Numbered from the whole stretch's first letter, positions 12,771 through 24,769 are shown. The stretch: DNA of 63,641 nucleotides, filler included, from Chiloscyllium plagiosum (GCF_004010195.1; 4 parts of one record of this genome joined end to end with filler, not necessarily neighbours in it), one strand, 5' to 3'. Made by a program: numbers and translations. Notes: generated from the sequence alone by a model not told the origin.

Positions 12771-14664
12771 ACAGCGGGGAAAAGTTGTTCTTGAATCTGT
12801 TGGTATATGTTTTCAAACTTTTGTATCTTCTACCTGATGGAAGAGAGAAGGATCTTTGATTATGCTTGCTGCTTTTCTGAGGCAGTGGGAAGTATAGACA
12901 GAGTCAGTGGAAGGAAGGTTGATTTTGCTGATGGATTTGGCTGCAATCACAACTCTCTGTAATGTTCAGCGAGACAAGCCTCCATCATGGCTGCTACCTG
13001 CTTTTGCCTCTGGCAGTAGCCAGGCTGCTCCCGCTTTCTGAAGCTGACCCCCTGCTCAATGCATCAATTACATTTAAAAACAGTATTAGTGGTGGAGTTG
13101 AGATGCCCGGGCCAGGGTGCAGAATTGCTGGGCTTCCCTTTACAACATTTTATGAACAAGGGTGTATAATGCCTGCAGTTCTCCAGTCCTCTGGTACTTC
13201 TTGTGAGTCTAGTGAAGATTAAAAGACGATGGCCCTTGGCCCTGCAATTTCCATTTCCTCTTGCTTCAATATTTTCAGATGCTAATCATCCAGTCCAACT
13301 GCCTTACACATGTTAGGTACTTATAGTCTATCCACCACTCCCTTCTTATTAATTTTGAACCATTTTAATGACAGAGATGCCTCCTTTGTAATCAAGGGTA
13401 GCATCTACCTCTTTTGACAAAGACAAATGCAAAAAATTCAATTAACATAAGCTATGCTGCTTGCCTCCATGTGTAAGTCCCCCTTTTAGTCTCTAAACAG
13501 CCCTACTCCTCTTCTTACCACCCTTTTGTTACTCATGTACCTACAGAAGAATTCAGGATTCAACTTTAAGTGGGCCACAAGTCCCTTCCCACTCTTTAAT
13601 GTGCTTTTACAGCTCCCCTCTAAACGTTCTGTATTCCTCATGGTTTTTGATTGTATTTTGTTCCTTACACAGGTTACAAGTTTCATGTTTCTTTTCTAGC
13701 ACCAAGCTGTCACTAAATTTTAGCAACAGTGTAATTGTCCTGAAGGATCTCATTAAATCAGCATGTTTCCATCAGCAGAGCACTGATGGCCTCTAACATT
13801 CTAGACCTCTGCTGCCATGAAAAGCAATCACACTAATTAGATTTGATGACACAATCATCACGATAAATGTTGCTCACCTCTGGGGTAAAGAAACAGCAGG
13901 ATTGTTGACACAGACAACAGACCCACTAAACAAATTTGGTGACCAAACAAGCACAATAAATGCTATTTGTTTCCAAGTAAGAACAACTTTGTGCTGGAGA
14001 AATGAAAGCTATTTTCAGTATGCTTTCCGGGTTGCTGTAGAAGATGCATTTCTATTTCTGTTAAACTGGCAATTAGGCTGCCTGAGGGTTGAAACATTTG
14101 TGCCAGAATTCCAGCTTTTGGATAATGAAATTCCGCCCTTTTCACCTTTTCTCAAACTCCTCTACCCCACTTGCTGCCTCCCAAAACAGCCAAAGTTGGG
14201 CAGACAGTCTCAACCTGCAGACTCTCCAATAGTGAGAGCCTTGGCATGTGGCCCAAAGGAGCCTCCGATCAGTTCGGATCTGGCTGCCATCAATTATCTC
14301 AGCTGAAGGGCACACTCTGTTGTTGACCATTCTCTGAGCCAAGCTTGGAGAGAGTGAGAGGGGAAGCTTTGCACTAACTTCTGCAAGATTTGGCAAGTTA
14401 GGCAAGGAGGGTCTGTCAGAAATAGAGTCTGCTGAGTAAATGAGGTGGGGCTGGCAGAGTACAGAAAGCACATATTGAGGAAACAAGTAGGAGAGGGCTT
14501 GCTGACTGAGTGGAGAGTCACTCTTGGGGAGAGATGCTGCTCAGTGAGTGGTGGAGTGGAGTTCAGGCAGAGACTGCTGAATGAGTCGGTTGAGGGAGGG
14601 AAGTGGGAACACAAGAGCCCAGCACAAGAATACAAGAATTCGGAGCAGGAATTGGCCACCTGAG

Positions 14665-14845
14665 TCTGCTTGATGCCAGTTTTCACTCCTATTGGGTCTG
14701 TGTTGATTCCATTGCTAACATTCACAGCATGTATTGTCATTATAAAGCAGATGGAGAATGTTGACAAATTAATGTGAGCAACTCAATTTGAGGAGGGACA
14801 AACCCTCATGCTTGAAGGCGTTGATGGCCTTTGTGAATTTATATA
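14665..14845 (-). mobile_element. RTE-clade LINE reverse-transcriptase fragment
   Basis: Minus strand gives FTKAINAFKHEGL-SLLKLSCSH*FVNILHLL ... SNGINTDPIGVKTGIKQ, resembling the RTE motif DLTKAFD...GL...GCP.KFV...GVKQG. Confidence 0.55.
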
Positions 14846-14869
14846 CTAAAGTTACTACTGGCATCCTCG

Positions 14870-15895
14870 ATCATGTTCAATTTTAACAGTTTTCAGAAGG
14901 CATTCAATACAGTGCCATGCAACCACCTCATGAAGGATGTTATAGCTTCTGAACTAAAAGGGACATTAGCAATGTGGACACAAAACTGGCTGAGTTATAA
15001 GTAGCAATGAGTTATAGTCAATGGATATTTTTTGGGCTGGAGGAAGTTTATAATGGAGTTTTCAGGGGTTGTGAGTGATCCAGATCTTGATGTACATGGG
15101 ACAATTTCAAAGTTTGCAGATGATAAGAAAAATGGAAGTACTGCAAACTGTGAGGAGGACATGTACTCTCTCGAACGGACATAAATAAGTTGCTGGAGTG
15201 GATGATAGATGGCAGATGAAGTTCAATGCAGAGAAATGTGAAGTAGTGCATTTTGGTAGGAAGAACATGGACAGAAAGCATAAAATGAGGAATTTAATTC
15301 TAAAAGGGGTGCAGAAGGAGAGTGCGTATATGTGTCCAGATATTGAAGATTGCAGGACAGATAGAGAGTGATATTAATAAAGCACACAACACCTTCAGCT
15401 TTATTGATAGGGTCATGAGTATAACGGCAAGGAGGTGATGTTGAACTTTTTACAAGATACTTGTTAGACCTTAGCGAATTTGAGTCCATTTCTTAGTGCC
15501 ACACTGAGGAAAGGATGTGTATGTGTTGGAAAGACTGCAGGAGTGATTAACAAGAATTGATCCAAGGATAAGAAACTCCAGCTTAGAAGATAGATTGGAG
15601 AGATTGTGACTGTTTTCTTTCAAGAGAAGAAGGCTGAGAGAAAATTCTAACAGCCATTTTCAAAACTATGAAAGATGTGGATAGAACAGATAGGAAGAAA
15701 CCGTTCACATTGGTAAAAGGATCAAGAGGGCACAGATTTACAGTGATTTGCAAAACAAACAAATGTGTCGGAGGCAGGTCCATTTGAGACATTCAAAAGG
15801 ACTTTGGAGAATTATTTAAATAGAAATAATAGGGGAAAAATCAGGAGAATACTATTGGGTTATGGTGCTCATTTGAAGAGCCAGTGTAGAAATGA
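14870..15895 (+). mobile_element. Decayed CR1 RT region
   Basis: FQKAFNTVP, KFADD and WQMKFNAEKCEVVHFG motifs, broken by stops and frameshifts. Confidence 0.75.
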
Positions 15896-18800
15896 TGTGA
15901 TTGAGAATGTGACAGTGGATTAAAATTAATCACAATGGAAAATAATTTGCAAAGCACAGCTATAGTGCTTTACTTCACTGAAATTGTATACAATCCAGCA
16001 AGGTTTGTTTAGAATGCTGTATCGACCCAATCCTCTATTAAATACAGTAAAGCTGAAATGTTGAGATCATTTTTGTGATTTTGTATAAATGCATTGGTTT
16101 ACAGTCTTGACAGTAATAAAAGGTTAAAGCGGGGAAAAACGAATGTGTCTATTTATTTCAGTCTATTAATCTACCCATTTGAAGTGGTTTAGAAGCTTTT
16201 GCATTTCGGTACAGATGATAAAATATATTCACCTTTTTGTCTTTGGTCACTTGCATTGCTGCTGTTTTGATCATTGGAATGGGCATAAAAAGCCGTACAT
16301 TTAATTTGTTGTAGTGGCATCAGATCACAAATACTTGTTGATCCATGCATCTCCAAACTGAAGAACGATTTTTGATCATTGCAGTCTGCTTCACTTTCAC
16401 CCAAGATGTGTTACCCAGAAGAAAGCCTTGAATTTGTTAAGACCTCCCTTCACATATATATCCTCACAGTTAGGCTTGTATATTTGCTGTTAAAGTTACA
16501 GTGAATCCAAACCAAATATCTCTCACTTAATGCACAGAATGCAGCTACACTTAAAGTTTATTATGCAATCCACATGATGTATACTGAGCAAAATCAAAAG
16601 ATTGTTTTTTGCAGTGACAGAGGAAATGAGTACTTGCTTCAGTGTAAGAGTGTATTTCTGAAAAATCTGGTTACTCATGAATGATTCTTCAATGTACTGA
16701 AAATGATATAGAAATATCCCCCACTGTTCCGTTAGAGAATGGGCTATTTCTGTCTGGCTAAGCTATTTTGGTTGTGAAATAATAAAAATAAACCCTTCCT
16801 GGTTTTCATCAGTTTTTCACTGCCCATCAGTAAAGCAAATTGAGTCAAAGACTCCCAAGTGAATTCTGGCCAAACCAGACCACTTCGACAATAATCTGTA
16901 TGTTCTGCAGTCTGACCTTTTGATGTTCCAGTCTACATTCAGAAGGATGTTAGTTCTGCAAAGTTTTCAGATAATCACATAGGACCATTGCAATTCAATC
17001 ACAGCAACTAATATTTAAATAATGGCTTTATAAAGGAATAGGATAGGTCAATAAGAGCATTATTGATTTAAAAGAAATTTAACACCAGGCCACAGAAAGA
17101 GATATCTGTACAGATAATCAAACACTTGGTCAAGTAAGTATTAGAGATAGGTGTGATGGCATGGAAAGGTTTAATGACCAGGACAAGGATCTTAAAATTG
17201 AAGCCTTATTGAAATTACTACAAGTTAGCAAATTCTTTCATTTTCTTTAATTCTTTTATTGTTACTGGCAAGGCTGGCTTTTGTTGCCTATCCAAATTTG
17301 ACTTGAGTAAGTAATTTTGAGCTGCTCTCTTAAACTAATGCAGTTCATCTGGTGTAGCTATACTTAACGTGCTATTGAAAAGTGTGTACTCCTGGTTGAC
17401 CTGATATCAATGAAGTAATAGTGATATAATTCTGGGACAAAACAGTATGTAGCCTGGAGAGGAACTTCTTATCAGTAAGCAGCAATATATATGGTGGCAT
17501 TTCTTAGACATTTTCCGCCTTAAAGTCACTTGGGATCAGTGCATATCAATTGGCCCATTGCAGACATGCCAAGTTAAAATCTGCTGCTTTTCCTTTTGTT
17601 TGATATTGTAACTGAGCAATTTGCTTTGCCAGTGTGGTGTTACTCTCCTGGAGGCATCCTACCTCCTCATTTATGGACAACATTTAGCTAAGCAAATGTT
17701 ATAGTTGTTAGGATTCTTCAATAGAAGAATGCATCGCAGCATCACAGAAGTGGTTTGTGGAAATGTGTAAAAATATGCATTTACAGATGGTTAGTGGTCA
17801 CCATCTTGAATCTGTTGGGAGCAGACACTCTGTTTATTGGCCTTGTTTGACTTGGTGCCATTAGATTTCATGGGGTCAGAAAACTCCCTGCCAAAACCAA
17901 TGTGTCATGATCTTTGTTGGCTTTATCCTGCTGGTTTGACAGGACATATCCAGAAGTAGTAATGGAGTGATAAGTGAACATACTTGGTGTAGTTTTAAGT
18001 CGACCTTCATGAGAGTTGCTGGTTTGCACTTATCAGGGCAACTGGGATCTTACGTCGCATATTGACAGAAGTAGCTAATTCATTTGATTTGATAAGGAAT
18101 TATTATTGGATGTGTAAGTGGGAAATCCTTTTAATCTTCTTTAATATGGTACTGAGACAGAGGGATCTGCAATTTAACATCTCATCTGAAAAATAGTGTC
18201 CTAATAATACACCATTGACGTTTGACCCTACATCATGTCTTCATGTGCAGTTGCCTACTAACTCAGTTGGATACCACCTGTATTCCATAGAAATACCCTG
18301 AGGGCCGGATTCAATAGAATTGATACCTTAAGGATATTATCCAGGCACTTAGCAGGTCGAAGGTGATGAGCAAATCGGAAAGAAGGGCACAAAGTGGCAG
18401 TGTGAATGGGGGGCGTGTGGATGAGGGAATTCTATAATGTAAAACAGGGAGCTATTCATTGAACTCAATTTTCAAAACTAGAAACTTTCTTGAGGATCTC
18501 ATACATAACACATCAGACTGGGGAATGCATACTGGTGAATATAGGTCATATTGAAAAAGACAAATTTGCAGTAATGCTTTCGATACGGAGCGGTCCCGGA
18601 GTAATGTAAAGATTTGTAGAAAGTGATAGGGAGACAGTTTTTTGAAATGACTAAGCAGATTTGGATTGGTCAGTCTAGCTAATTGTGAGCTCACTGAATA
18701 CTAATCCATCACCTTTGAACTTGAGACCATGCAGCTGGCTTTTAAAGGAAAGAATGGAGGTGGAAAATTAATCACAATTAGTAGGGATCAAAGGCTTGAA

Positions 18801-19573
18801 AGTAAAGGCAAACAATTAATAGCAGATGATTGGATAAAACATATCAGGATGAATATCAAGTTAGAGGAAGCCATGAGTTAAGAAAGAGAAATTATTCTGA
18901 TGAGGAGGAGGTAGGGAGTATTTAAATGAACTGAAATTGTGTGGAAGGGGAGATTGGGAGGTGACATTGTGGCAGGGAAATATTAATGCAGACGTGGATA
19001 AAATTTTGAGATCTCAGAAGTCATGATACCATACAACGTAGAAAATGTCAGTGGAGTAACTGGATGTAGATGGTAGAATTTTTGAGTGATCACAATCCCA
19101 TCTCTTAAATATCCCTCTATTCCTTTCCTCTCTCAGAATGTTATCTAATCTGTTTTATAACAAATTCCATATTCTGTTGCCCTTTAGATGAGAAGGGGCT
19201 GCTTCTAACTTTCTAATTTTTAACCTGTGTTCCTGTTCTTTGAGTTTTACATATGGCAAACAATTTGTCTTTACTACTTTGGTTAACCTTCTTCATACTC
19301 TTTAATACTTTCTTACATCATCTTGAAGTCTTCTCTTCACCAAAGCAAGCAAGTCAAATTCCTTGATAGCTGAATTATTTATATCTGGTCCCACTCGAGA
19401 ACTGCTGGATTTGATCAAAAGACCAAATTAGGATCACTACAGTCTCCAGTGGTTAGTGAGAACAATTTGTTTGGTTACCCATATAGAGATTGAACACTCT
19501 AATAATGAGACATTGTTGAGTTCTTGCACTATGTAACATTTTGTTTACGTTTCCATGACTGTTGTTTTTCCAG

Positions 19574-19721
19574 GAACTGCCCAGACTCAAAACGTACATT
19601 TACCAAAAGGTTTATGCTGGAGAAACACATTCGTCTTATGCATGGTATTAAAAATCCTGATATGACACAGATGCCAGAGCCGACAACCATAATGGAATCC
19701 CTAAAGAAAGAAGAGAACAAG
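19574..19721 (+). CDS. ZNF532: Zinc finger protein 532, internal (penultimate-type) coding exon
   Basis: TTTTTCCAG acceptor (AG 19572-73) and AAG|GTGCAT donor; 148 bp. Encodes NCPDSKRTFTKRFMLEKHIRLMHGIKNPDMTQM...EENK, matching the vertebrate ZNF532 C2H2 finger CPDSRRTFTKRLMLEKHVQLMHGIKDPD. Synteny with LMAN1 supports ZNF532 over its paralogues ZNF592/ZNF687. Confidence 0.88.
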
Positions 19722-19811
19722 GTGCATAACAGTGTATTGGGACCTATAGTTTGCTTAATATGTGGGGACTTCAATGTATCCTTACCTGTAACCAACACTA
19801 AAAAATAATGA

Positions 19812-20080
19812 TTTGGAGATGCCAGTGTTGGACTGGGGTGTACAAAGTTAAAAATCACACAACACCAGGTTATACTTCAACAGGTTTAATTGCAAGCACT
19901 AGCTTTCGGAGCACCGCTCCTTCATCAGGTGGTTGTGCAATATAAGATCATAAGACACAGAATTTATAGCAAAAGATTACAGTGTGATGTAACTGAAATT
20001 ATATATTAAAAAAATACAATTTCAATATCAATATATTGAAAATTAGTGCTTCCAAATAAGCCTGTTGGACTATAACCACC
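19812..20080 (-). mobile_element. PLE-type repeat family D terminus with inverted partial copy
   Basis: Same family as 44939-45815 and 54810-54890. Carries a hammerhead core on - and an inverted segment at ~20044-20076. No endonuclease seen, so PLE assignment is inferred. Confidence 0.6.
19893..19935 (-). ncRNA. Minimal type-I hammerhead ribozyme motif (family D)
   Basis: CAACCAC-CUGAUGA-A-GGAGC(GGU)GCUCC-GAAA-GCUA|GUGCUUG: intact core, 5-bp stem II, 6 of 7 pairs in stem I, AGCU palindrome, UA cleavage site. Confidence 0.75.
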
Positions 20081-20109
20081 TCCTCCGACTTAAAGACTAG
20101 GGACACATC

Positions 20110-21633
20110 AGGTTAGCATCTCTTCTTTTTTACTTTGTGATAAGGGGACTAGCAGGGATGGCAGTGCAGGGAGAGCAATGTTCCTCCTGCATGATGTTTG
20201 AGGTGAGGGGCGCCATTAGTGTCCCATCCAAGTACATCTGCAGGAAGTGCACCCAACTCTCGCTCCTCCAAGACAGTGTTAGGGAACTGGAGCGGGAGCT
20301 GGATAAACTTCGGATCATTCGGGAGACAGAGGGTGTGATAGATAAGAGTTACAGGGAAGTAGTTACTCCTAGGCACGAAGAAAGCTGGGTGACTGTTCGA
20401 AGGGGGAAAAAACAGTCAGTGGATGGAACCCCTGTGGTCGTTCCCCTGAAAAACATGTATATCATTTTGGATACTGTTGGCGGGGATGACTTACCAGGGT
20501 TATGCAGTGGGGCCCAGGTCTCTGGCACAGAGCCTGTCCCTGTTGCACAGAAGGGTAGGAGGGAAGGGAGGAGAGTGTTAGCCATTGAGGACTAAATAGT
20601 TAGATGCTCAGATAGAAGGTTTGTTGGGAATGAACAACCTGTTGCTTCCCAGGTGCCAGGGTCCATGATGTCTCAGATCGTATCTTTGGGGTCCTGGAGG
20701 GAGAAGGTGACCAGCCTCAAGTCGTTGTCCATGTAGGTATCAATGACATAGGTAGAAAGAGGGATAGGAATTAAGGCAGGATTTCAAGGAGCTAGAGTGG
20801 AAGCTGGGAGCTAGAACAAACAGAGTTGTTATCCCTGGTTTGTAACCCGTGCCACGTGATAGCGAGGCAAGGAATAGGGAGAGATATCAGCTGAACACAT
20901 GGCTGCAAGGATGGTGCAGGAGGGAGGGTTTCAGGTTCTTGGATAATTGGGGCTCATTCTGGGGAAGGTGGGACTTGTACAAACAGGATGGTCATCACTT
21001 GAATCAGAGGGGCACTAATATCCTGGGTGTGAAATTTGCTGGTGCTATTCGGGTGGGTTTAAACTAGCTCAGCAGGGAGATGGGAACTGGAGGTGTAGTT
21101 GCAGTACACAGGAGAATGAGAGTAGGGAGGACAGGGACAGGATTTCAGAGTCACAGGAATGTGCTGGCAGACAGCGAAATGGTTTGAAGTGTGTCTACTT
21201 CAATGCCAGAAGTATCCGAAATAAAGTAGGTGAGCTTGCAGCATGGATAGATACCTGGGACTTCGATGTTGTGGCCATTTTGGAGACATGGATAGAGCAG
21301 GGTGAGGAATGGATGTTGCAGGTTCCAGGGTTTAGATCTTTCATTAAGAACAGGCAAGGCAGTAAAAGAGGGGTAGGTGTGGCCTTGTTAGTCAAGGAGA
21401 GTATAACGGTGGCTGAAAGAACATTTGACGATGACTTGTCTACTGAGGTAGTGTTGACTGAGGTTAGAAACAGGAGAGGAGAGGTCACACTGCTTGGAGT
21501 TTTTAATGGGCCTCCGCAGAGTTCCAGGGAGGTGGAAGACAGGATTGGCAAAATTATTCTGGGTAGGAATGAAAGGAACAGGGTGGTCATTATGGGGGAC
21601 TTTAACTTCCCCAACATTGACGGGAAATGCTAT
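20110..21633 (+). mobile_element. CR1/HER1 LINE 5' portion: ORF1 (Zn finger, coiled coil, SGNH esterase) and ORF2 AP-endonuclease, disrupted
   Basis: ORF1 from ATG 20158: CSSC...CRKC plus leucine zipper, decayed GDS (IED*), VHVGIND, DGHHLN, stop at 21067. ORF2: CVYFNARSIRNK...ETW...IMGDFNFP. Ends at a PLE insertion. Confidence 0.9.
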
Positions 21634-21855
21634 AAGGAGAAAGTGAGGACTGCAAATGCTGGAGTTCAGAGCTGAAAAATGTGTTGCTGAAAAAGTGCAG
21701 CAGGTCAGGCAGCATCAAAGGAGCAGGAGAATAGATGTTTCAGGCATAAGCCCTTCTTCAGGAATGAGGAGGGTGTGCCAAGCGGGCTAAGGTGAAAGGT
21801 AGGGAGGAGGGACTTGGGGCAGGGGCATTGGGAATGTGATAGGTGGAAGCAGATT
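21634..21855 (-). mobile_element. PLE family A 3' end inserted into the CR1, running into a gap
   Basis: Family A terminal sequence with CTGAAGA-AGGGCTTATGCCT-GAAA-CATC on - (~21734-21761). Confidence 0.8.
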
Positions 21856-21955
21856 NNNNNNNNNNNNNNNNNNNNNNNNNNNNNNNNNNNNNNNNNNNNT
21901 TAATTAATTAANNNNNNNNNNNNNNNNNNNNNNNNNNNNNNNNNNNNNNNNNNNN
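21856..21955. other. Scaffold gap spacer (44 N + TTAATTAATTAA + 44 N)
   Basis: Same 100-bp structure at all three gaps; the central 12-mer places stop codons in all six frames. Confidence 0.95.
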
Positions 21956-22945
21956 TCCTCCTCTGTAATCTGGATATTTTGCAAGATGTCACCATTTATT
22001 TTCCTACATTCTATGTCTTCCATTACCTTTTCCACAGTAAACACCGATGCAAAATACTCGTATAGCATCTCTCCCATCTCCTTTGGCTCCACACATTGGC
22101 TGCCTTGGGGCCCTATTCGCTCCCTAGTTACCTTTTTGTCCTTAATGTATTTGTAAAAATCTTTTGGATTCTCCTTAACCGTATTTTCCAAAACAATCTC
22201 TTGTCCCCTTTTTGCCTTCCTGATTTCCCTATTAAGTATACTCCTACTGCTTTTATTCTCTTCTAAGGATTCACTCGACCTATTCTGTTTATACCTGACA
22301 TGTGCTTCCTTCTTTTTCTTAACCAAATCCTCAATTTCTTTAGTCAGCCAGCATTCTCTATACCTACCAGCTTTTCCTTTCACCCTATCAGGAATATACT
22401 CTCTCGACTCTCGTTATCTCATTTCTGAAGGCTTCCCATTTTCCAGCTGTCCCTTTATCTGCGAATATCTACCCCCAATCAGCTTTTGAAAGCTCTTTCT
22501 AATAGCGTCAAAATTGGTCTTTCTCCGGTTTAGAACTTCAACTTTTAAACCTGGTCTATCCTTTTCCATCACTATTTTAAAACTATTCGAATTAGGATTG
22601 CTGGCCCCAAAGTGCTCCCCCACTGACACCTCAGTTACCTGCCCTGCCATATTTCCCAAGAGTAGGTCAAGTTTTGCACCTTCTCTAGTAGGTACATCCA
22701 CATACTGAATCAGAAAATTTTCTTGCACACACTTAACAAATTCCCCTCCATCTAAACCCTTAGCACTATGGCAGTCCCAGTCTATGTTTGGAAAGTTAAA
22801 ACCCCCTAGCATAACCACCATATTATTCTTACAGATAACTGAGATCTTCTTACAAATTTGTTTCTTAATCTCCCACTGACTATTAGAGGGTCTGTACTAC
22901 AACCCCAATAAGGTGATTATCCCTTTCTTATTTCTCAGTTTCACC
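21956..22945 (-). mobile_element. CR1 ORF2 fragment (endonuclease to RT linker)
   Basis: ORFs 22414-22821 (GGFNFPNIDW...PTREGAKLDLLL) and 21904-22383 (KENPKDFYKYIK...YFASVFT). Confidence 0.88.
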
Positions 22946-22946
22946 C

Positions 22947-23209
22947 GCGCGGTGACGGAACTCGGCCGGGGAGCGGAGTTAGGCGTGGTGGCGGAACGCG
23001 GCTTGGGGGCGGGGTTAGGCGCGGTGACGGAACTCGGCCGGGGGGCGGAGTTAGGCGCGGTGACGGAACGCGGCGTGGGGGCGGGGTTAGGCGCGGTGAC
23101 GGAACTCGGCCGGGGGGCGGAGTTAGGCGTGGTGGCGGAACGCGGCTTGGGGGCGGGGTTAGGCGCGGTGACGGAACTCGGCCGGGGGGCGGAGTTAGGC
23201 GTGGTGGTG
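22947..23209. repeat. GC-rich minisatellite, 36-bp unit, ~7.3 copies, alternating A/B variants (72-bp higher order)
   Basis: Units such as GCGCGGTGACGGAACTCGGCCGGGGGGCGGAGTTAG and GCGTGGTGGCGGAACGCGGCTTGGGGGCGGGGTTAG. Confidence 0.9.
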
Positions 23210-23843
23210 AGGTTTGATTCAACCTCACTCTAGCACTGATGCACCACTCAAAACGTGTCCACAAGGATTCCAATTTACACTGAATTAGAGTTGTTACAGA
23301 AGGATATTTGGTCTCGAAATGGAAATGTCTTGCTGACGATTCATCAAATTGGATGTTAACACATATTGATGGGCAACAGCAGCAAAAGCTTCACCCAGTG
23401 CCTGTTGAATTAAACCTGATGTTTGTTTAATGCTATGCAGGAGAGTAGTAGAGAGAAGTGAACTCAAACTTCAAAAACAAAGAAAAGACAAAAGTTGAAT
23501 TCTTTTAACGGATACACTTGAGTAGTTTATCTCCTCACTCACGCATTACACTAAGCCACTGAAATAGGAAGCAGTATGCAAACAGACCAGAGAATATTTG
23601 CATAATTTTGTGCTCCCTAGTTGATTTCAATAAATGCTGAAAGATTACCAAATTTCCTACAATGTCCTCAGTTACCTCCTTCAGAATTCTGGGATGTAGT
23701 CCATCTGGTTCAGGTTATTTATCCACTTTCATACCTTTCAGCTTCCCCAGCATCTTCTCCTTAGCGGTGGCAACTACACTCACCTCAGCTTCAAGAGAGT
23801 CTGGGGGAAATCAACTGTTTTCATAGGCTGTCCTAGTTATACT

Positions 23844-24150
23844 CAGAGTCAAAAGGTGTGATGCTGGGAAAGTGCAGCCGGTCAGGCAGCAGAGGAGCAG
23901 GAGAGTTGACATTTCGACCATAAGCTCTTCATCAGGAATGGGGTGGTTGGGGGGGGGGGGGTGCAGAGATAAGTAGGAGTTGGTTGGNGGGGAGGGAAGG
24001 TAGCTGGGAATGAGATAGGTAGATGAAGGTGGAGATGGTGGTGATAGGTCAGAATGGAGGGTGGAGCGGATAGGTGAGAAGGAAGGTGGAGCGGATAGGT
24101 GGGAAGGTAGGGTAAATTCAAGAAGGCGGTGCTGGATTGGAGGGTTGGAT
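23844..24150 (-). mobile_element. PLE family A 3' end with 16-bp TSD
   Basis: Flanked by CTGTCCTAGTTATACT (23828-43) and CTGTCCTAGTTACACT (24151-66). Confidence 0.8.
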
Positions 24151-24395
24151 CTGTCCTAGTTACACTGCCAAATCAACACCAAGTTGTGGACACAGAAGAC
24201 AGTTTTTTTTCAGCCCAAAGAGCAAATGTGAAATTGATATGTATAAAACACAAGTGAATTAACTTTGCATGAGTGCTGTCATTGAGTCACTGCTGATAGT
24301 TTACCCCTCAGCCCTTTATCTCCCCCAAATTAGGCATTTGGAGTACAACTTTTATTTTGAAATAACAACCTAGAACCATATACTGCAGTACATAC

Positions 24396-24586
24396 CTGTC
24401 CTGCTTGTGGTGCTGTATTAGTCCCCCTCTTTGCCATTTCCTCTGTCACTAAGGAGACATACCTCCTTTGTTCATCCAGAATCATGTTGAGTTGTTTGTT
24501 CAACTGTTTGATTTCAAGGTGGATGCGATTCTGACCTTCAAAGATTTGTCTCAATTCTCGCTCATTCACAGTTTCAAATATATCTG
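24396..24586 (-). CDS. LMAN1: LMAN1 (ERGIC-53) exon 9, coiled-coil stalk
   Basis: TAG acceptor (alternative CAG 3 nt downstream) and GTATGT donor. Encodes (A)DIFETVNERELRQIFEGQNRIHLEIKQLNKQLNMILDEQRRYVSLVTEEMAKRGTNTAPQAGQ. Confidence 0.95.
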
Positions 24587-24769
24587 CTACAGTAATATAA
24601 AAGAATTTTGTTGTATTCCATATACTTGAATGCGTTTACTATTTTCCATTTACATAACTATTTACATTCACTACAAAACATACCCAAGAGAAACTCTCAG
24701 TTTAGGATTGCAAATACCAATGTTTGACCAACTATTTTAAATTATTAGACAATTAATGGACAGTATGTT

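Noticed and set aside
13902..14767. Cluster of 110-157 aa ORFs
   Set aside because: No coherent protein similarity apart from a short RTE remnant; consistent with chance ORFs.
1..19570. Additional ZNF532 exons or LMAN1 exons 10-13 in the left contig
   Set aside because: Reading for the expected peptides (HNRIKHKG, the TM segment, AAAKKFF) found nothing; a very short exon could have been missed by eye.
21900..21911. Palindromic TTAATTAATTAA recurring at 21900, 46817 and 58656 as a possible biological motif
   Set aside because: Always centred in exactly 44+44 N; it is a synthetic six-frame-stop scaffold linker.
20110..22945. One full-length CR1 spanning gap 1
   Set aside because: The left part is on + and the right part on -, and both contain the same GDFNFP region, so they are two different copies.
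22947..23209. 36-bp periodicity suggestive of a CRISPR array
   Set aside because: Units are contiguous with no unique spacers, there are no cas genes, and the context is vertebrate.
22913..23273. Repetitive ORFs on both strands (AVTELGRGAELG / Pro-rich)
   Set aside because: By-product of a 36-bp, stop-free, GC-rich minisatellite; no splice or start context supporting a gene.
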